Origin: an uncultured Dictyoglomota bacterium
GTDB lineage: Bacteria > Dictyoglomota > Dictyoglomia > Dictyoglomales > Dictyoglomaceae
DNA length: 35,456 nt
Assembly: GCA_964654465.1 (NCBI GenBank)
Contig: CAZZIO010000033.1
Location: 1-35,456, forward strand
Reading direction: 5' to 3'
Shown here: piece after piece, positions 16,452-26,311 of the stretch
How the letters are laid out: each line of letters starts with the position of its first letter
Position numbering within the stretch: the stretch's first letter is position 1
Notes under the pieces: generated by a model
The model's database searches: none
What the model saw: the letters and a program-made list of their open reading frames with translations, nothing else
What the model was told of the DNA's origin: nothing
Program-made: the position numbers and the translations under genes

Positions 16452-17795
16452 ATGAGAAATAAACTTTTTATAGCTGTACTTCTTGGCTCTTTTATTACTT
16501 CCTTTTCTGCCTCTGCTATTAATGTGGCTTTACCTGCTATTGGCAAGGAATTTTATCTTTATACTGTTTCCTTAAGCTGGTTGTCTACTTTATATCTTCT
16601 TTCAAATGCTTTTTTACTTCTTCCTTTTGGTAAGATTGCTGATATTTACGGAAGAAAGAAATTATTTTCTATAGGATTATTTGTATTTTCTATTGGAGCC
16701 TTAATAAGTATATTATCTTTTAATTATGATATTCTCGCATTTTCAAGGATTATTCAGGGGTTTGGAGGATCTATTCTTTTTGCCACAACCCCAGCCTTAG
16801 TATCGTCTATTTCATTATCATCTGAGAGAGGTAAAAATTTAGGATATTATGTTACATCTGTGTATTTAGGTTTGTCTTTGGGACCATCCTTAGGAGGTTT
16901 TCTTACTAAGTATTTTTCCTGGAGAAGTATTTTTATATTTACTTTAATATTAGGGATGATTTCTTTTATAATGAGTCTTTTTGTAGAGGAAGAATTGGAA
17001 GGACAAAGTAGTGTGAAATTTGATCTTTTAGGATCTTTTCTTTATGCCTTTTCTGTTACTTTTATTTTATTAGGACTTTCAAATCTGAAGAATGAATTGG
17101 GAATCATGGGTATTTTATTTGGAGCTTATTTATTGTTTTTATTTTATTACGTAGAAAAGAAGATATCTAATCCTATATTTCCTATAAATCTTTTTAGGAA
17201 TAGAAGATTTATATTTTCAAATTTATCAGCTTTTATAAACTATGGTGCTACATCTGCCCTTTCTTTCCTTTTGAGTATATATCTCCAAAGTGTAAAATAT
17301 ATTGCTCCTCATATTGCAGGTTTTTTACTATCCTTTCAGCCGATTTCGCAGGTTATATTTTCTCCATGGGCAGGAAGATTATCAGATAGGAAAGATCCAG
17401 GTATAATAGCTTCTTTGGGTATGTTGATAATCTCTATAGTTATATTTTTCTTATCTTTTCTTTCTCCTAATACTCCAATTTTTCTTATCTCTCTATCTGG
17501 ATTTTTCTTAGGTTTTGGTTTTGCACTTTTTTCCTCGCCTAATACCAATGCTATTATGGGGAGTGTGGATAGAAGTCTATATGGTGTAGCTTCTTCTACT
17601 TTAGCAACCATGAGAGTTTTAGGGCAGACCTTTAGCATGGCACTTGTTAATTCTGTTTTTTCTATTTTATTGAAGGATATGTCAGGTTTGGAATTTTCTC
17701 TGGATTTTATGTATGCCTTTAGAATACTTTTATACATCTTTACTTTACTTTGTGCTTTAGGTATATGGGCATCTTTTCAGAGAAACAAAGAGTAG
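16452..17795 (+). CDS. MFS transporter, DHA2 (EmrB/QacA-like) family
   Basis: INVALPAI, motif A GKIADIYGRKK, SRIIQGFG, GPSLGG, WRSIF; highly hydrophobic. Confidence 0.92.
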   Translation: MRNKLFIAVLLGSFITSFSASAINVALPAIGKEFYLYTVSLSWLSTLYLLSNAFLLLPFGKIADIYGRKKLFSIGLFVFSIGALISILSFNYDILAFSRIIQGFGGSILFATTPALVSSISLSSERGKNLGYYVTSVYLGLSLGPSLGGFLTKYFSWRSIFIFTLILGMISFIMSLFVEEELEGQSSVKFDLLGSFLYAFSVTFILLGLSNLKNELGIMGILFGAYLLFLFYYVEKKISNPIFPINLFRNRRFIFSNLSAFINYGATSALSFLLSIYLQSVKYIAPHIAGFLLSFQPISQVIFSPWAGRLSDRKDPGIIASLGMLIISIVIFFLSFLSPNTPIFLISLSGFFLGFGFALFSSPNTNAIMGSVDRSLYGVASSTLATMRVLGQTFSMALVNSVFSILLKDMSGLEFSLDFMYAFRILLYIFTLLCALGIWASFQRNKE

Positions 17796-17854
17796 ATTTT
17801 AATATTTTTATTTTAACGAGATATTTTTCTGCTTTTTTATTTTAGAAAATTTAG

Positions 17855-17901
17855 AAAAAGTGATCTAAATCACTTTTTTAATTTTATTAATGTGATAAAA
17901 T
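17855..17901 (+). promoter_or_regulatory. CRP/FNR-like palindrome (GTGA-N6-TCAC) plus extended -10, in class II activator geometry
   Basis: AAAAAGTGAT-CTAA-ATCACTTTTT at 17855-17878; TGaTAAAAT at 17893-17901; no recognisable -35. Confidence 0.6.
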
Positions 17902-17944
17902 AATATCAAAATTTTAAAAAATAATGGAGAGGGGGATGATTCTC

Positions 17945-19879
17945 ATGATTATTAGAAAACTCTTTATATTAATTCTTTTAGTATTGCTGATAGGAGGTTG
18001 TACTCCAAAACCTACTAATAATCCTCCCAATACTCCATATAATCCAAATCCTCCAGATGGTGCAACTTCTGTAGTTCTTGATCCAGTATTGAGTTGGCAG
18101 TGTTCAGATCCAGATGGTGATCCTTTAGTATTTGATATTTACTTTGGAACAAATGCTAATTCTCTATATTGTATTAAAGAGAATCATAACTCTACAAGTT
18201 ATAAGATAATGGATTTAGCATTCAATACTACGTATTATTGGAAAGTAGTAGCAAAGGATGGAAAGGGTGGTGTCAAGGAAGGACCAGTATGGAGCTTTAC
18301 TACTCAAGCTGAAGGACAAACAAATAATCCACCAAGTGTTCCTGCTAATCCAAATCCACAAGATAATGAAAATAATGTTCCTACGGAGGTTATTCTAAGC
18401 TGGGAGTGCTCAGATCCAGACAACGATCCTTTAGTATTTGATGTTTACTTTGGAGTAAATCAAAATAATTTAGGAATGTTAGTGAATAATCACCCTACAA
18501 GTAGCTATCAGGTAAAAAATTTAAATTATAATACCACCTATTATTGGAAAGTAATTGCAAAGGACAGTAAAGGAGCTCAAACAGATGGACCAACTTGGAA
18601 ATTTACTACAACTCAGAGTGGAGATGTAGCAAAGGCAAAGTTGTTAGTAGCTGATTTAAGAAATACCATACTTACAATTCATGACTATAAAGGCATAGGG
18701 GTTCCTGGAATAGTTGATACACCATTTAATAGATTATCTGAAGAAATACATGAGAAGATTGTTCCAGATCTTAGTGAAACAATAGACAGAATAGGATTTA
18801 TTTTATCTTGTGTATCTCAAGCATCTCCACCAGGAACATATACCTTTGAGTATACAGAGATAGGTTATGTTCTCCATATAACTGCTGATGTTAATCAATG
18901 GGAAAATTCATCCTCGATTCAGATAGCTTTTCAAGGATATAAAGGTAATTCTCTAATTGATGATGGTAACCTTACAGTTAATTTTGATGCTAATAATTTC
19001 CCAACAAATGGAGAGTTAAATGTTACTATGGGAACTAATGATGGTAATATGAGTATAAATGGAAACTATACAGCAACAAAACTTGCCAATTCTAATTTTC
19101 CTGCCACAATAACAATTACTGGTATGATTACTTCACCCTATTTAAATATCGATTTAAGAGATAATAACAGGAAACTTTATGCAGAGTTTGGAGAATGGTA
19201 TGATCAAAATCAAGAGATATGGTTATCTTATTTGAAGAGAATATATGTTTCTGGACAAATTACCACTACAACAGCACAGGCAGAAGGAAGTCTTGATATA
19301 ACATTTGTACATGTAACCTATCAGAATGGTAATACTCAAAATCCTCCCAAGAATATCTCCTTTACAGGAACCTTTAGAGAGATGATGAATGGTCAGCCAA
19401 CTGGTGCTTACTTTACAGGTACTATTACAGGTGAATATTTAAATCCAGAAAGTTATAATCCTTATGAGGAGTATGGTCCTAATAATTTCCCTAAGTGGAA
19501 TGCCAATTTTACAGGTCATATAGAAGCTCCTCAAAGACCAAAAATCGATGCAAATCTTGGGATAAGACATGATACATATCAAGTTTATGTTATAAATGCA
19601 GGATATGAAAGGACAAATCCTGATGGTTCAAAGGTATGGCTTAAGACGCCTCAGAGTCCTGTATCATCTTATAACGAATCAACAAGTATATTAACTGTTA
19701 CTTTGAATAATCAAGATGGATTAATTGTTAGCTTTACAGTAGATGGGAATCAAAGTGGAGATGATGTATTTACAGGTACTATAAAAAATAATGCTGGTAT
19801 TAAACTTGCTGATCTTTATCTTTTAAATGGTGTTCCCATGGTTAAGTATATTGATGGATATATAGAATCTATATTTTAA
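17945..19879 (+). CDS. Lipoprotein with two FN3-like domains and a long beta-rich C-terminal region of unknown function
   Basis: MIIRKLFILILLVLLIGG-C lipobox. Start set to ATG 17945 after SD GAGGGGG (ORF track starts at 17924). C-terminal part rich in T/N/G with alternating hydrophobic residues. Confidence 0.85.
   Translation: MIIRKLFILILLVLLIGGCTPKPTNNPPNTPYNPNPPDGATSVVLDPVLSWQCSDPDGDPLVFDIYFGTNANSLYCIKENHNSTSYKIMDLAFNTTYYWKVVAKDGKGGVKEGPVWSFTTQAEGQTNNPPSVPANPNPQDNENNVPTEVILSWECSDPDNDPLVFDVYFGVNQNNLGMLVNNHPTSSYQVKNLNYNTTYYWKVIAKDSKGAQTDGPTWKFTTTQSGDVAKAKLLVADLRNTILTIHDYKGIGVPGIVDTPFNRLSEEIHEKIVPDLSETIDRIGFILSCVSQASPPGTYTFEYTEIGYVLHITADVNQWENSSSIQIAFQGYKGNSLIDDGNLTVNFDANNFPTNGELNVTMGTNDGNMSINGNYTATKLANSNFPATITITGMITSPYLNIDLRDNNRKLYAEFGEWYDQNQEIWLSYLKRIYVSGQITTTTAQAEGSLDITFVHVTYQNGNTQNPPKNISFTGTFREMMNGQPTGAYFTGTITGEYLNPESYNPYEEYGPNNFPKWNANFTGHIEAPQRPKIDANLGIRHDTYQVYVINAGYERTNPDGSKVWLKTPQSPVSSYNESTSILTVTLNNQDGLIVSFTVDGNQSGDDVFTGTIKNNAGIKLADLYLLNGVPMVKYIDGYIESIF
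18017..18610 (+). repeat. Two 96-aa FN3-like repeats (18017-18304 and 18323-18610)
   Basis: Both read NNPPxxPxNPNPxD...LSWxCSDPDxDPLVFDxYFG...NTTYYWKVxAKDxKG...GPxWxFTT. Confidence 0.92.
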
Positions 19880-19890
19880 AAAAGATTTTT

Positions 19891-19917
19891 AGGGGAGAGG
19901 ATGTCCTCTCCCCTTTT
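19891..19917 (+). terminator. Hairpin with short T-tract between the lipoprotein and barrel genes
   Basis: AGGGGAGAGG-atgt-CCTCTCCCCT-TTT. Confidence 0.7.
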
Positions 19918-19923
19918 AGTTCT

Positions 19924-20985
19924 ATGAAGTTAAAATTGATCCCTCTGATATTCTTTTTTGTTATTAAGATTTGTTATGGTTTTTCCTTTTCAAGTGATGC
20001 ATTCTTTTCTTTTAGTAGTATATCTTTAAGTAATTTTATTAGTATTTCTGGGGATGGTATTTTAAATGGAGATATAAACACAAATCTAAAGAATCATATG
20101 TTCATGTTGTATGGGAATCAAATGAAAGTTTCTTTTAAGGGATTTGAAATAGGAGCTTTATTCTATAGTGAATACTATGGTTATATTAATAATTCCACGT
20201 TGAATTTTATAAAGGGATTGATTAATAATGATCTATCAGTAGGTGATTATGATATTTATGGAGAGATTAAAGGGTATTCTGTAGGTGGTATTTATATGAA
20301 AAGAAGGGTGGATCTTGGAGATTTTTTGGCTCTGAATTTCAGTCCTAAATTATACATAGGCCTTGATTATCAAAATGGTGTTTTGAAAGGTAATTTTTCC
20401 AGGATAGATGAGGTAACATATAGCTTTGATCTTTTACTTGATTATATTTATAACAAAAATTTACTTTATACACGTATGGATAATGCAAAGGGTAAAGGCA
20501 TAGGTTATTCCTTTGATTTTGAGATTGTTTTTAGTCCCTTTGAAAATTTTTCCTTTTATATAAATATTCAAGATTTATGGGGAAAAATTTTTTGGTTCCA
20601 TATTCCATATACTGAGGCTAAGACATCTACTGATAGAGAGTATGTGGATGAGAATGGCTATATTGTCTTTAGACCTTTAATAAGTGGCTATGAGGGTTGT
20701 AAAGACTTTATTCAACTTCTTCCTTTGGAATTAAATATAGGTATAGCTCATAAAGGGGAAAAGGATGAATTCGTTATGGAACTATCTTTCAAAGAAGAGT
20801 ATAAATCCCTTTTTATAAGATATTATTATAGTTTGTTTTCATCAAATATTGAAAAGTTAACACAAATCAACTTTGGAAGGTTTAAAATAATGGACAACCT
20901 TTCCCCTTCAGGTTTCTATTTTCTATTTTATATAGATAATTATCAATTCTTTAATATGGTTTATGGTCTTTCCTTTTTAATGTAA
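19924..20985 (+). CDS. Hypothetical exported protein, probable outer-membrane beta-barrel
   Basis: Signal peptide; aromatic- and Gly-rich amphipathic strands, e.g. GKGIGYSFDFEIVF...FSFYINIQDLWGKIFW (reminiscent of DUF5723-like barrels, from memory). The 3' end overlaps the GH2 gene by 25 nt; no clear SD. Confidence 0.6.
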   Translation: MKLKLIPLIFFFVIKICYGFSFSSDAFFSFSSISLSNFISISGDGILNGDINTNLKNHMFMLYGNQMKVSFKGFEIGALFYSEYYGYINNSTLNFIKGLINNDLSVGDYDIYGEIKGYSVGGIYMKRRVDLGDFLALNFSPKLYIGLDYQNGVLKGNFSRIDEVTYSFDLLLDYIYNKNLLYTRMDNAKGKGIGYSFDFEIVFSPFENFSFYINIQDLWGKIFWFHIPYTEAKTSTDREYVDENGYIVFRPLISGYEGCKDFIQLLPLELNIGIAHKGEKDEFVMELSFKEEYKSLFIRYYYSLFSSNIEKLTQINFGRFKIMDNLSPSGFYFLFYIDNYQFFNMVYGLSFLM

Positions 20986-23399
20986 ATTTTTTCTTCTGAG
21001 CTTTTTAGCATGTCTCCCGATACCTTTATATAAATCTCTCCTTCTTCTTCAATACTCTTTATGACAGCCAAGGCTTTCCCTTTATATAGATATCCAAGAG
21101 AGCTTACAAAAGATCCATGGAAAAATGGATCCGAATTTCCAAGGGCTATTAATTTTCCACTTCCCTTTACTTCTACTGTTATTTTATTATCTGCATCGGG
21201 TACTTCCAAGCCTTTTTCATCCACAGCTATAATTTTTACATAGCATAGATCTCCATAAGAAATTAGTTCTTTTCTATCAGGAATAAGTATTAACTTTGAA
21301 GGATCAGAAGTAGTTTCCAATCGATCTCTACCAACCTCTTTTCCATCTTTATAAGCTATTACTTCCAATACACCAGGTTCATAAGTAATATCATAAATAG
21401 TCTTGAATTTTACTTTTTCTCCTGATAATTTTCTTCCAAGAGATTTTCCATTTAGAAAGAGTTCTACTTCATCAGCATCTGCATAAATATATATTCTTAT
21501 AGGTTTTCCTTCATATCCTTTAAAGTTATAGATTCTTTCTACTGGTTCCCATGACCATGCTCTCATGTATAATTTTTTCCCGTAAAGTTCTGGGGGAAGT
21601 GCAAATATAATAGGATCTTTTCTATTTCTCCATACTATATCTCTGTAATAAGATTGGGGCCTCTTTTCTCCGCATATATCAATATCTCCACAATTTGCTA
21701 AAAACCATGGATATTTTCCTAAGAAATTATTGGCTTCTTCTCTATCTATAGATACTCTTCCGATTCCTGCCTCTCCAAGATAGTCAATGGCAGTCCATAC
21801 AAAATCTCCAATAACATTTGAATTTTCTAATGTTTCTTTCCAGTTATCATACATGGTGTAAGGGAATGTCTCAGTGCCACATATTATACGATCTTTATAT
21901 TTAATCCTATCGTACGCATACCTTTCAATCTTATAGTTATATCCTGCCACATCTAAGAGTTTAAAGAATCTCTTTGTTATTTCTCCCCATCTTTCTTTTG
22001 TTTCCTCATTGCCCTTCCATATACCTAAAAGGACAATATTGTCTTCCTCCATATCTTCTACATTTATACTTTCAAAAGAAAGTCCACAAAAGGCAGAAGT
22101 AACAAATCTTGTAGGATCAAGCTCTTTTACTTTTTTAGCTAATTTATCACTCCATTCATATATGCTTGAGTATCCTTCTTCTCTTTCCCAGTCTATTCCA
22201 GATCCCCATGTAACTTCATTCCCTATAGACCACATAATGATGGAGGGGTGATTGAAATCTCTTTTTATAGTGCTTTCTACCTCTTCTTCCCAGCATTTTT
22301 CAAAATATAGGTGGTAATCATAGGATTTTTTGCCGCATGTCCAAACATCAAAGAATTCGTCAATTACTAATAGTCCTAGCCTATCGCAAGCAGATAAGAA
22401 AGAGGGAGCATAGGGATTGTGGGCGAGCCTTACAGCGTTAAATCCATTATTTTTAAGAATTTCTACCTTTCTTTCTTCAGCTCTGTCATAACTTTTGCTT
22501 CCTAAAATCCCATGGTCATGATGTATACATCCACCCTTTAGTTTTATTGGTCTACCATTGAGTTTAAGCCCTTCCTCAGGAGATATACTTATACTTCTAA
22601 TACCAAATTCGGTCTCAGATGTGTCAATTTCTTTATTGTTTTTTATTACTCTTGCTCTGATTTTATAGAGATAAGGATTTTCTATATCCCAAAAGATAAA
22701 ATTAGAAAGTTCTATATCTGTTCTAAATTCTTTTTCTTCTTTTGAATCTAAATAAAAATCTATCTCTTTTGATTTTATTAACTCGTTATTTTTTGAGAAG
22801 ATTTCAAAGACTAATTTTCCATTTTGAACTTTGTCATCGGTGTTTTTTAATATAACTTTGGGATATATAATAGCCTTTTCATTATTTAATATGTCGTATG
22901 TTATATGAAATTCCCATGGTTTTATATAGACTTTATCTCCTACATGTAGCCAAACATGTCTATAAATACCTGTTCCTGCATACCAACGAGAACTCGGTTT
23001 ATGGGTATTTTCTACATGCACAATAAGGATATTCTTTTCTCCAATTTTTACATACTTAGTTATATCTACAAGGAAGCTTGTATACCCATAAAAATGTTTC
23101 TTTACTAAGAAACCATTTATAAATATTTCAGAGATTCCCATTATTCCTTCAAACTCCAAAATTATATTTTTATCTTTGTATTCTTCTCCAAAATCTAACT
23201 CTTTTTTGTAAAAGAGGCTACATCCAGCGGTAAATCCTTCGTCAGGTCCTGACGGATTTTCTTCTCTTCTTTCCTTTTCAATAGCTATGTCATGGGGCAA
23301 ATCTACTGGAATCCAGTTTTTTTCTCTCATAACAGAGTCAATATAGTTAAGAGGACTTTCTAAGTATTCCCATGATCTATCTATATTTATCTTTTGCAT
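20961..23399 (-). CDS. Glycoside hydrolase family 2 (beta-galactosidase-like, DUF4982 architecture), cytoplasmic
   Basis: VDLPHD, GYTSF, SRWYAGTGIYRHVWL, LKGGCIHHD, NHPSIIMWSIGNE (acid/base), GTETF (nucleophile), GDFVWTAIDYLGE. Confidence 0.95.
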   Translation of the reverse strand: MQKINIDRSWEYLESPLNYIDSVMREKNWIPVDLPHDIAIEKERREENPSGPDEGFTAGCSLFYKKELDFGEEYKDKNIILEFEGIMGISEIFINGFLVKKHFYGYTSFLVDITKYVKIGEKNILIVHVENTHKPSSRWYAGTGIYRHVWLHVGDKVYIKPWEFHITYDILNNEKAIIYPKVILKNTDDKVQNGKLVFEIFSKNNELIKSKEIDFYLDSKEEKEFRTDIELSNFIFWDIENPYLYKIRARVIKNNKEIDTSETEFGIRSISISPEEGLKLNGRPIKLKGGCIHHDHGILGSKSYDRAEERKVEILKNNGFNAVRLAHNPYAPSFLSACDRLGLLVIDEFFDVWTCGKKSYDYHLYFEKCWEEEVESTIKRDFNHPSIIMWSIGNEVTWGSGIDWEREEGYSSIYEWSDKLAKKVKELDPTRFVTSAFCGLSFESINVEDMEEDNIVLLGIWKGNEETKERWGEITKRFFKLLDVAGYNYKIERYAYDRIKYKDRIICGTETFPYTMYDNWKETLENSNVIGDFVWTAIDYLGEAGIGRVSIDREEANNFLGKYPWFLANCGDIDICGEKRPQSYYRDIVWRNRKDPIIFALPPELYGKKLYMRAWSWEPVERIYNFKGYEGKPIRIYIYADADEVELFLNGKSLGRKLSGEKVKFKTIYDITYEPGVLEVIAYKDGKEVGRDRLETTSDPSKLILIPDRKELISYGDLCYVKIIAVDEKGLEVPDADNKITVEVKGSGKLIALGNSDPFFHGSFVSSLGYLYKGKALAVIKSIEEEGEIYIKVSGDMLKSSEEKIYIKKERP

Positions 23400-23420
23400 A
23401 TTAATACCTCCTTTGTAAAA

Positions 23421-24398
23421 CTAATTTGGAAAACAGGCAACTTTATGTTGAGGAGAAACTTCTATAAGTTTTGGTTCTTCTTCAGCACATTCTGGTTTTG
23501 CTTCTGGACATCTGGGATGAAAAGCACATCCTGGTGGTGGGTATATTAGTGATGGTGGACTTCCAGATATACCTTCTCTTTGTTCTTTTTCTCCTATTTT
23601 AGGAAGAGATTGTATAAGATATTTGGTATATGGATGGATAGGATTTTTAAATATTTCTTGAGTTGGTGCCTCTTCAATTATTTTTCCTGCGTACATAATA
23701 GACATTCTTGTGGTTAGTTGAGCATGTATACCCATATCATGGGTTACTATAATAATGGTATTTTTAAATGTTTCTTGGATATCTTTGAGTAGCTGAATGA
23801 CAGCTCTTTGGGCCACAACGTCTAAGGCAGTAGTTGGTTCGTCTGCTAATATCACTTGAGGATGCAGTAGGGTTGCAAGAGCGATTACAACTCTTTGACG
23901 CATTCCTCCTGAAAGTTGATGGGGATAGGCTTCTAATATTTCAGGAGATAGCCCTAAATCTTTTAAATGTTCTCTCATTAGATCAAAGTATTCTTTTATA
24001 TCCTTTGCTTTTATATGACTTTCTAAAATTTCTAAAAAGGAATCTTTTACTTTTTTAACAGGGTTTAATACATGCATGGACCCTTGGGGTATATAAGAGA
24101 TGAAAGACCATCTTAAATTTTTAATCTCTTTTTTGGTAAGAGAAAAAACGTCAATAAAATCTCCATTTGTTTTGTAAAATAATTTTCCATCTATAAGTTG
24201 GAGTGGAGGGTCTAAGTTAGCAAGTAATGCTTTTAAAAGAGTAGATTTTCCACAACCGCTTTCTCCTGCAATACCATATATTTCATTTTGTTTTATACTG
24301 AGGTTAACATTATTGACTGCTTTAATTACTCTCTTTTCTCCCCAATATTCCAGGATATAAAAGGCTTTTAAATTTTCAGTTTTTAATACTTCGCTCAT
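23421..24398 (-). CDS. Opp/Dpp-family ABC ATPase (OppD-like)
   Basis: GESGCGKS, YPHQLSGGMRQR, ADEPTTALDV, C-terminal GCAFHPRC. Confidence 0.95.
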   Translation of the reverse strand: MSEVLKTENLKAFYILEYWGEKRVIKAVNNVNLSIKQNEIYGIAGESGCGKSTLLKALLANLDPPLQLIDGKLFYKTNGDFIDVFSLTKKEIKNLRWSFISYIPQGSMHVLNPVKKVKDSFLEILESHIKAKDIKEYFDLMREHLKDLGLSPEILEAYPHQLSGGMRQRVVIALATLLHPQVILADEPTTALDVVAQRAVIQLLKDIQETFKNTIIIVTHDMGIHAQLTTRMSIMYAGKIIEEAPTQEIFKNPIHPYTKYLIQSLPKIGEKEQREGISGSPPSLIYPPPGCAFHPRCPEAKPECAEEEPKLIEVSPQHKVACFPN

Positions 24399-24400
24399 TT

Positions 24401-25363
24401 TTATGCTCTCCTCCCATTATATAGGTGGCACTTAACTATCACATTATCCACCGTTACTTCTTTTGGCTCTTCTTTTTTACAAGTCTCCATTACATTTTGG
24501 CATCTTCCTGCAAATTTACAACCTGTTTTAAGGTATTCTGTATATTCAGTATCTGCAATACTTATTTTTCTTTTCCATTTTTTATCTGGATCGGCTTCAG
24601 GTATAGACTCTATGAGAAGTTGAGTATAAGGATGTTTAGGATGAATTAGTACTTTATCTACAGGTCCCATTTCTACAATATTTCCTCGAAACATTATTGC
24701 AATTCGCTCACTAACATAATAGGCAGTGGCAAGATCATGGGTTATGTATAGAACGCTTAGTCCTGTTTCTTTCTTTAATTTTGAGAAAAGATTTACTATT
24801 GACATTCTTAAGGATGCATCTACCATTGAAACTGGCTCATCTGCTATTAATATAGATGGATTGGTTAAAAGAGATCTTGCAATGGATGCTCTCTGAAGTT
24901 GTCCTCCAGAAAGTTCAGTAGGATATCTACCGTTTATTTCATCAAAAGATAGTCCTACTGCTTTTAATTTCTCATTGATTATCTCTTCCGCATGAGATTT
25001 ATTTTTAGCCATTTTGTAGTTAAATACAGTCTCATAGAAAATATCATCTATAGTTAGAAGAGGATTAAAGCTTTCAAAGGGGTTCTGGAATACTGCTTGG
25101 ACCTTTTTTCTAAAATCTTGAAATTTATTCTTTTGAATAGGTTTATCTTCTATAATGATATCTCCAGAAGTTGGTTCTTCAAATCCTAAAATTATTTTAG
25201 CTGTGGTAGTTTTTCCGCAACCACTTTCTCCTGCAAGGGTAAATGTTTCAGCTTTATTTATATAAAAGGATACATTATCAACTGCAGTTATTTTAACTTT
25301 TGAAAATATACTTCCTATTGAATATATCTTTTTTAGATTTTTAACCTCCAATACTTTTTCCAT
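24401..25363 (-). CDS. Opp/Dpp-family ABC ATPase (OppF-like)
   Basis: GESGCGKT, LSGGQLQR, ADEPVSMVDASLR, HPYT, GCKFAGRC. Confidence 0.95.
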   Translation of the reverse strand: MEKVLEVKNLKKIYSIGSIFSKVKITAVDNVSFYINKAETFTLAGESGCGKTTTAKIILGFEEPTSGDIIIEDKPIQKNKFQDFRKKVQAVFQNPFESFNPLLTIDDIFYETVFNYKMAKNKSHAEEIINEKLKAVGLSFDEINGRYPTELSGGQLQRASIARSLLTNPSILIADEPVSMVDASLRMSIVNLFSKLKKETGLSVLYITHDLATAYYVSERIAIMFRGNIVEMGPVDKVLIHPKHPYTQLLIESIPEADPDKKWKRKISIADTEYTEYLKTGCKFAGRCQNVMETCKKEEPKEVTVDNVIVKCHLYNGRRA

Positions 25364-25404
25364 TTTTAATCTTCCTCCATAAATGGCGTGAGTCTAAATA
25401 TTTG

Positions 25405-26280
25405 TTATTTTCCAAAGCCAATTCTTTGGAATCGGGCTCTTGGATCTAAATATTCACTTAAGCTTACTGATATCCAATATAAAGCAACAAAAAGAAGAAT
25501 AGCAGTAACTATAGGAGTAAGAAGCCACCACCAAAGCCCCATGAATAGAGCCTGCCTATATATGGCTGTCTGGAGCATGGTACCTATGGTAGGTACTGTA
25601 GGATCTATACCAAGGCCAAGATATGCAAGAGTGATCTCCATACCAATAGCCCAAGACATATTGTTTATAAATGTGGTAAAGACTATTGGTAGTACATGGG
25701 GTAAAAGCTGTTTTCTAATAATTCTTATAGTGGGCATACCTGAGAGTACTGCTACTTTTACAAATTCTCTTTCTCTTAAACTTAAAACTTGTGATCTAAT
25801 TACCCTTGCATCCCAAGCCCATGAAAAGAAAGCTAATAGTATTCCTAAATTAAAGAAGTTATTTGTCCAGTCTTTAAGAATCATAGATATGGCTATAAGA
25901 ATTATTAAGAAGGGAAGTACCATGGTTGTGTCTCCTATTGTAGTTATGACTCTGTCGGTTGTCCCACCTTTGTAGCCTGCTAAAATTCCTATAATTACTG
26001 CAATTATTCTTGAGAAAAAAGCAGTAACTAATGCGATTATGAGAGAATTTTTTACAGCAAAGGTAAGTTGCCAAAATACATCTTGTCCTAACCAATTAGT
26101 ACCTAAAGGATACTTAAAAGATGGTGGTAGGCCAGAAGGTACTTGATACATCCTTTGTGGATTATAAGGTGAGAAAAAGGAAAGGATAACTAAAAGAATA
26201 AATATGCAAATAATAATGAAGGCGACAACAAATCTATAGTCTTTAAAAAGATCATAAATTAAGCTTTTAACAGTATTCAC
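25405..26280 (-). CDS. Opp/Dpp-family ABC permease (OppC-like)
   Basis: PLGTNWLGQDVF, ARVIRSQVLSLREREFV. Start taken as GTG 26280, 9 nt after GGAGG; ATG 26289 is an alternative. Confidence 0.9.
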   Translation of the reverse strand: MNTVKSLIYDLFKDYRFVVAFIIICIFILLVILSFFSPYNPQRMYQVPSGLPPSFKYPLGTNWLGQDVFWQLTFAVKNSLIIALVTAFFSRIIAVIIGILAGYKGGTTDRVITTIGDTTMVLPFLIILIAISMILKDWTNNFFNLGILLAFFSWAWDARVIRSQVLSLREREFVKVAVLSGMPTIRIIRKQLLPHVLPIVFTTFINNMSWAIGMEITLAYLGLGIDPTVPTIGTMLQTAIYRQALFMGLWWWLLTPIVTAILLFVALYWISVSLSEYLDPRARFQRIGFGK

Positions 26281-26311
26281 TTTTTTCATCCTCCGATGAG
26301 AATTAAGTTTA

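Noticed and set aside
10238-18610. Repeated DNA considered as CRISPR or mobile repeats
   Set aside because: The repeats are degenerate, in-frame protein-domain duplications with no repeat-spacer structure and no cas or transposase genes.
15422-20985. Convergent 3' overlaps (17 nt at 15422-15438; 25 nt at 20961-20985) as antisense regulation
   Set aside because: Short tail-to-tail overlaps are common in compact AT-rich genomes, and nothing else supports a regulatory role.
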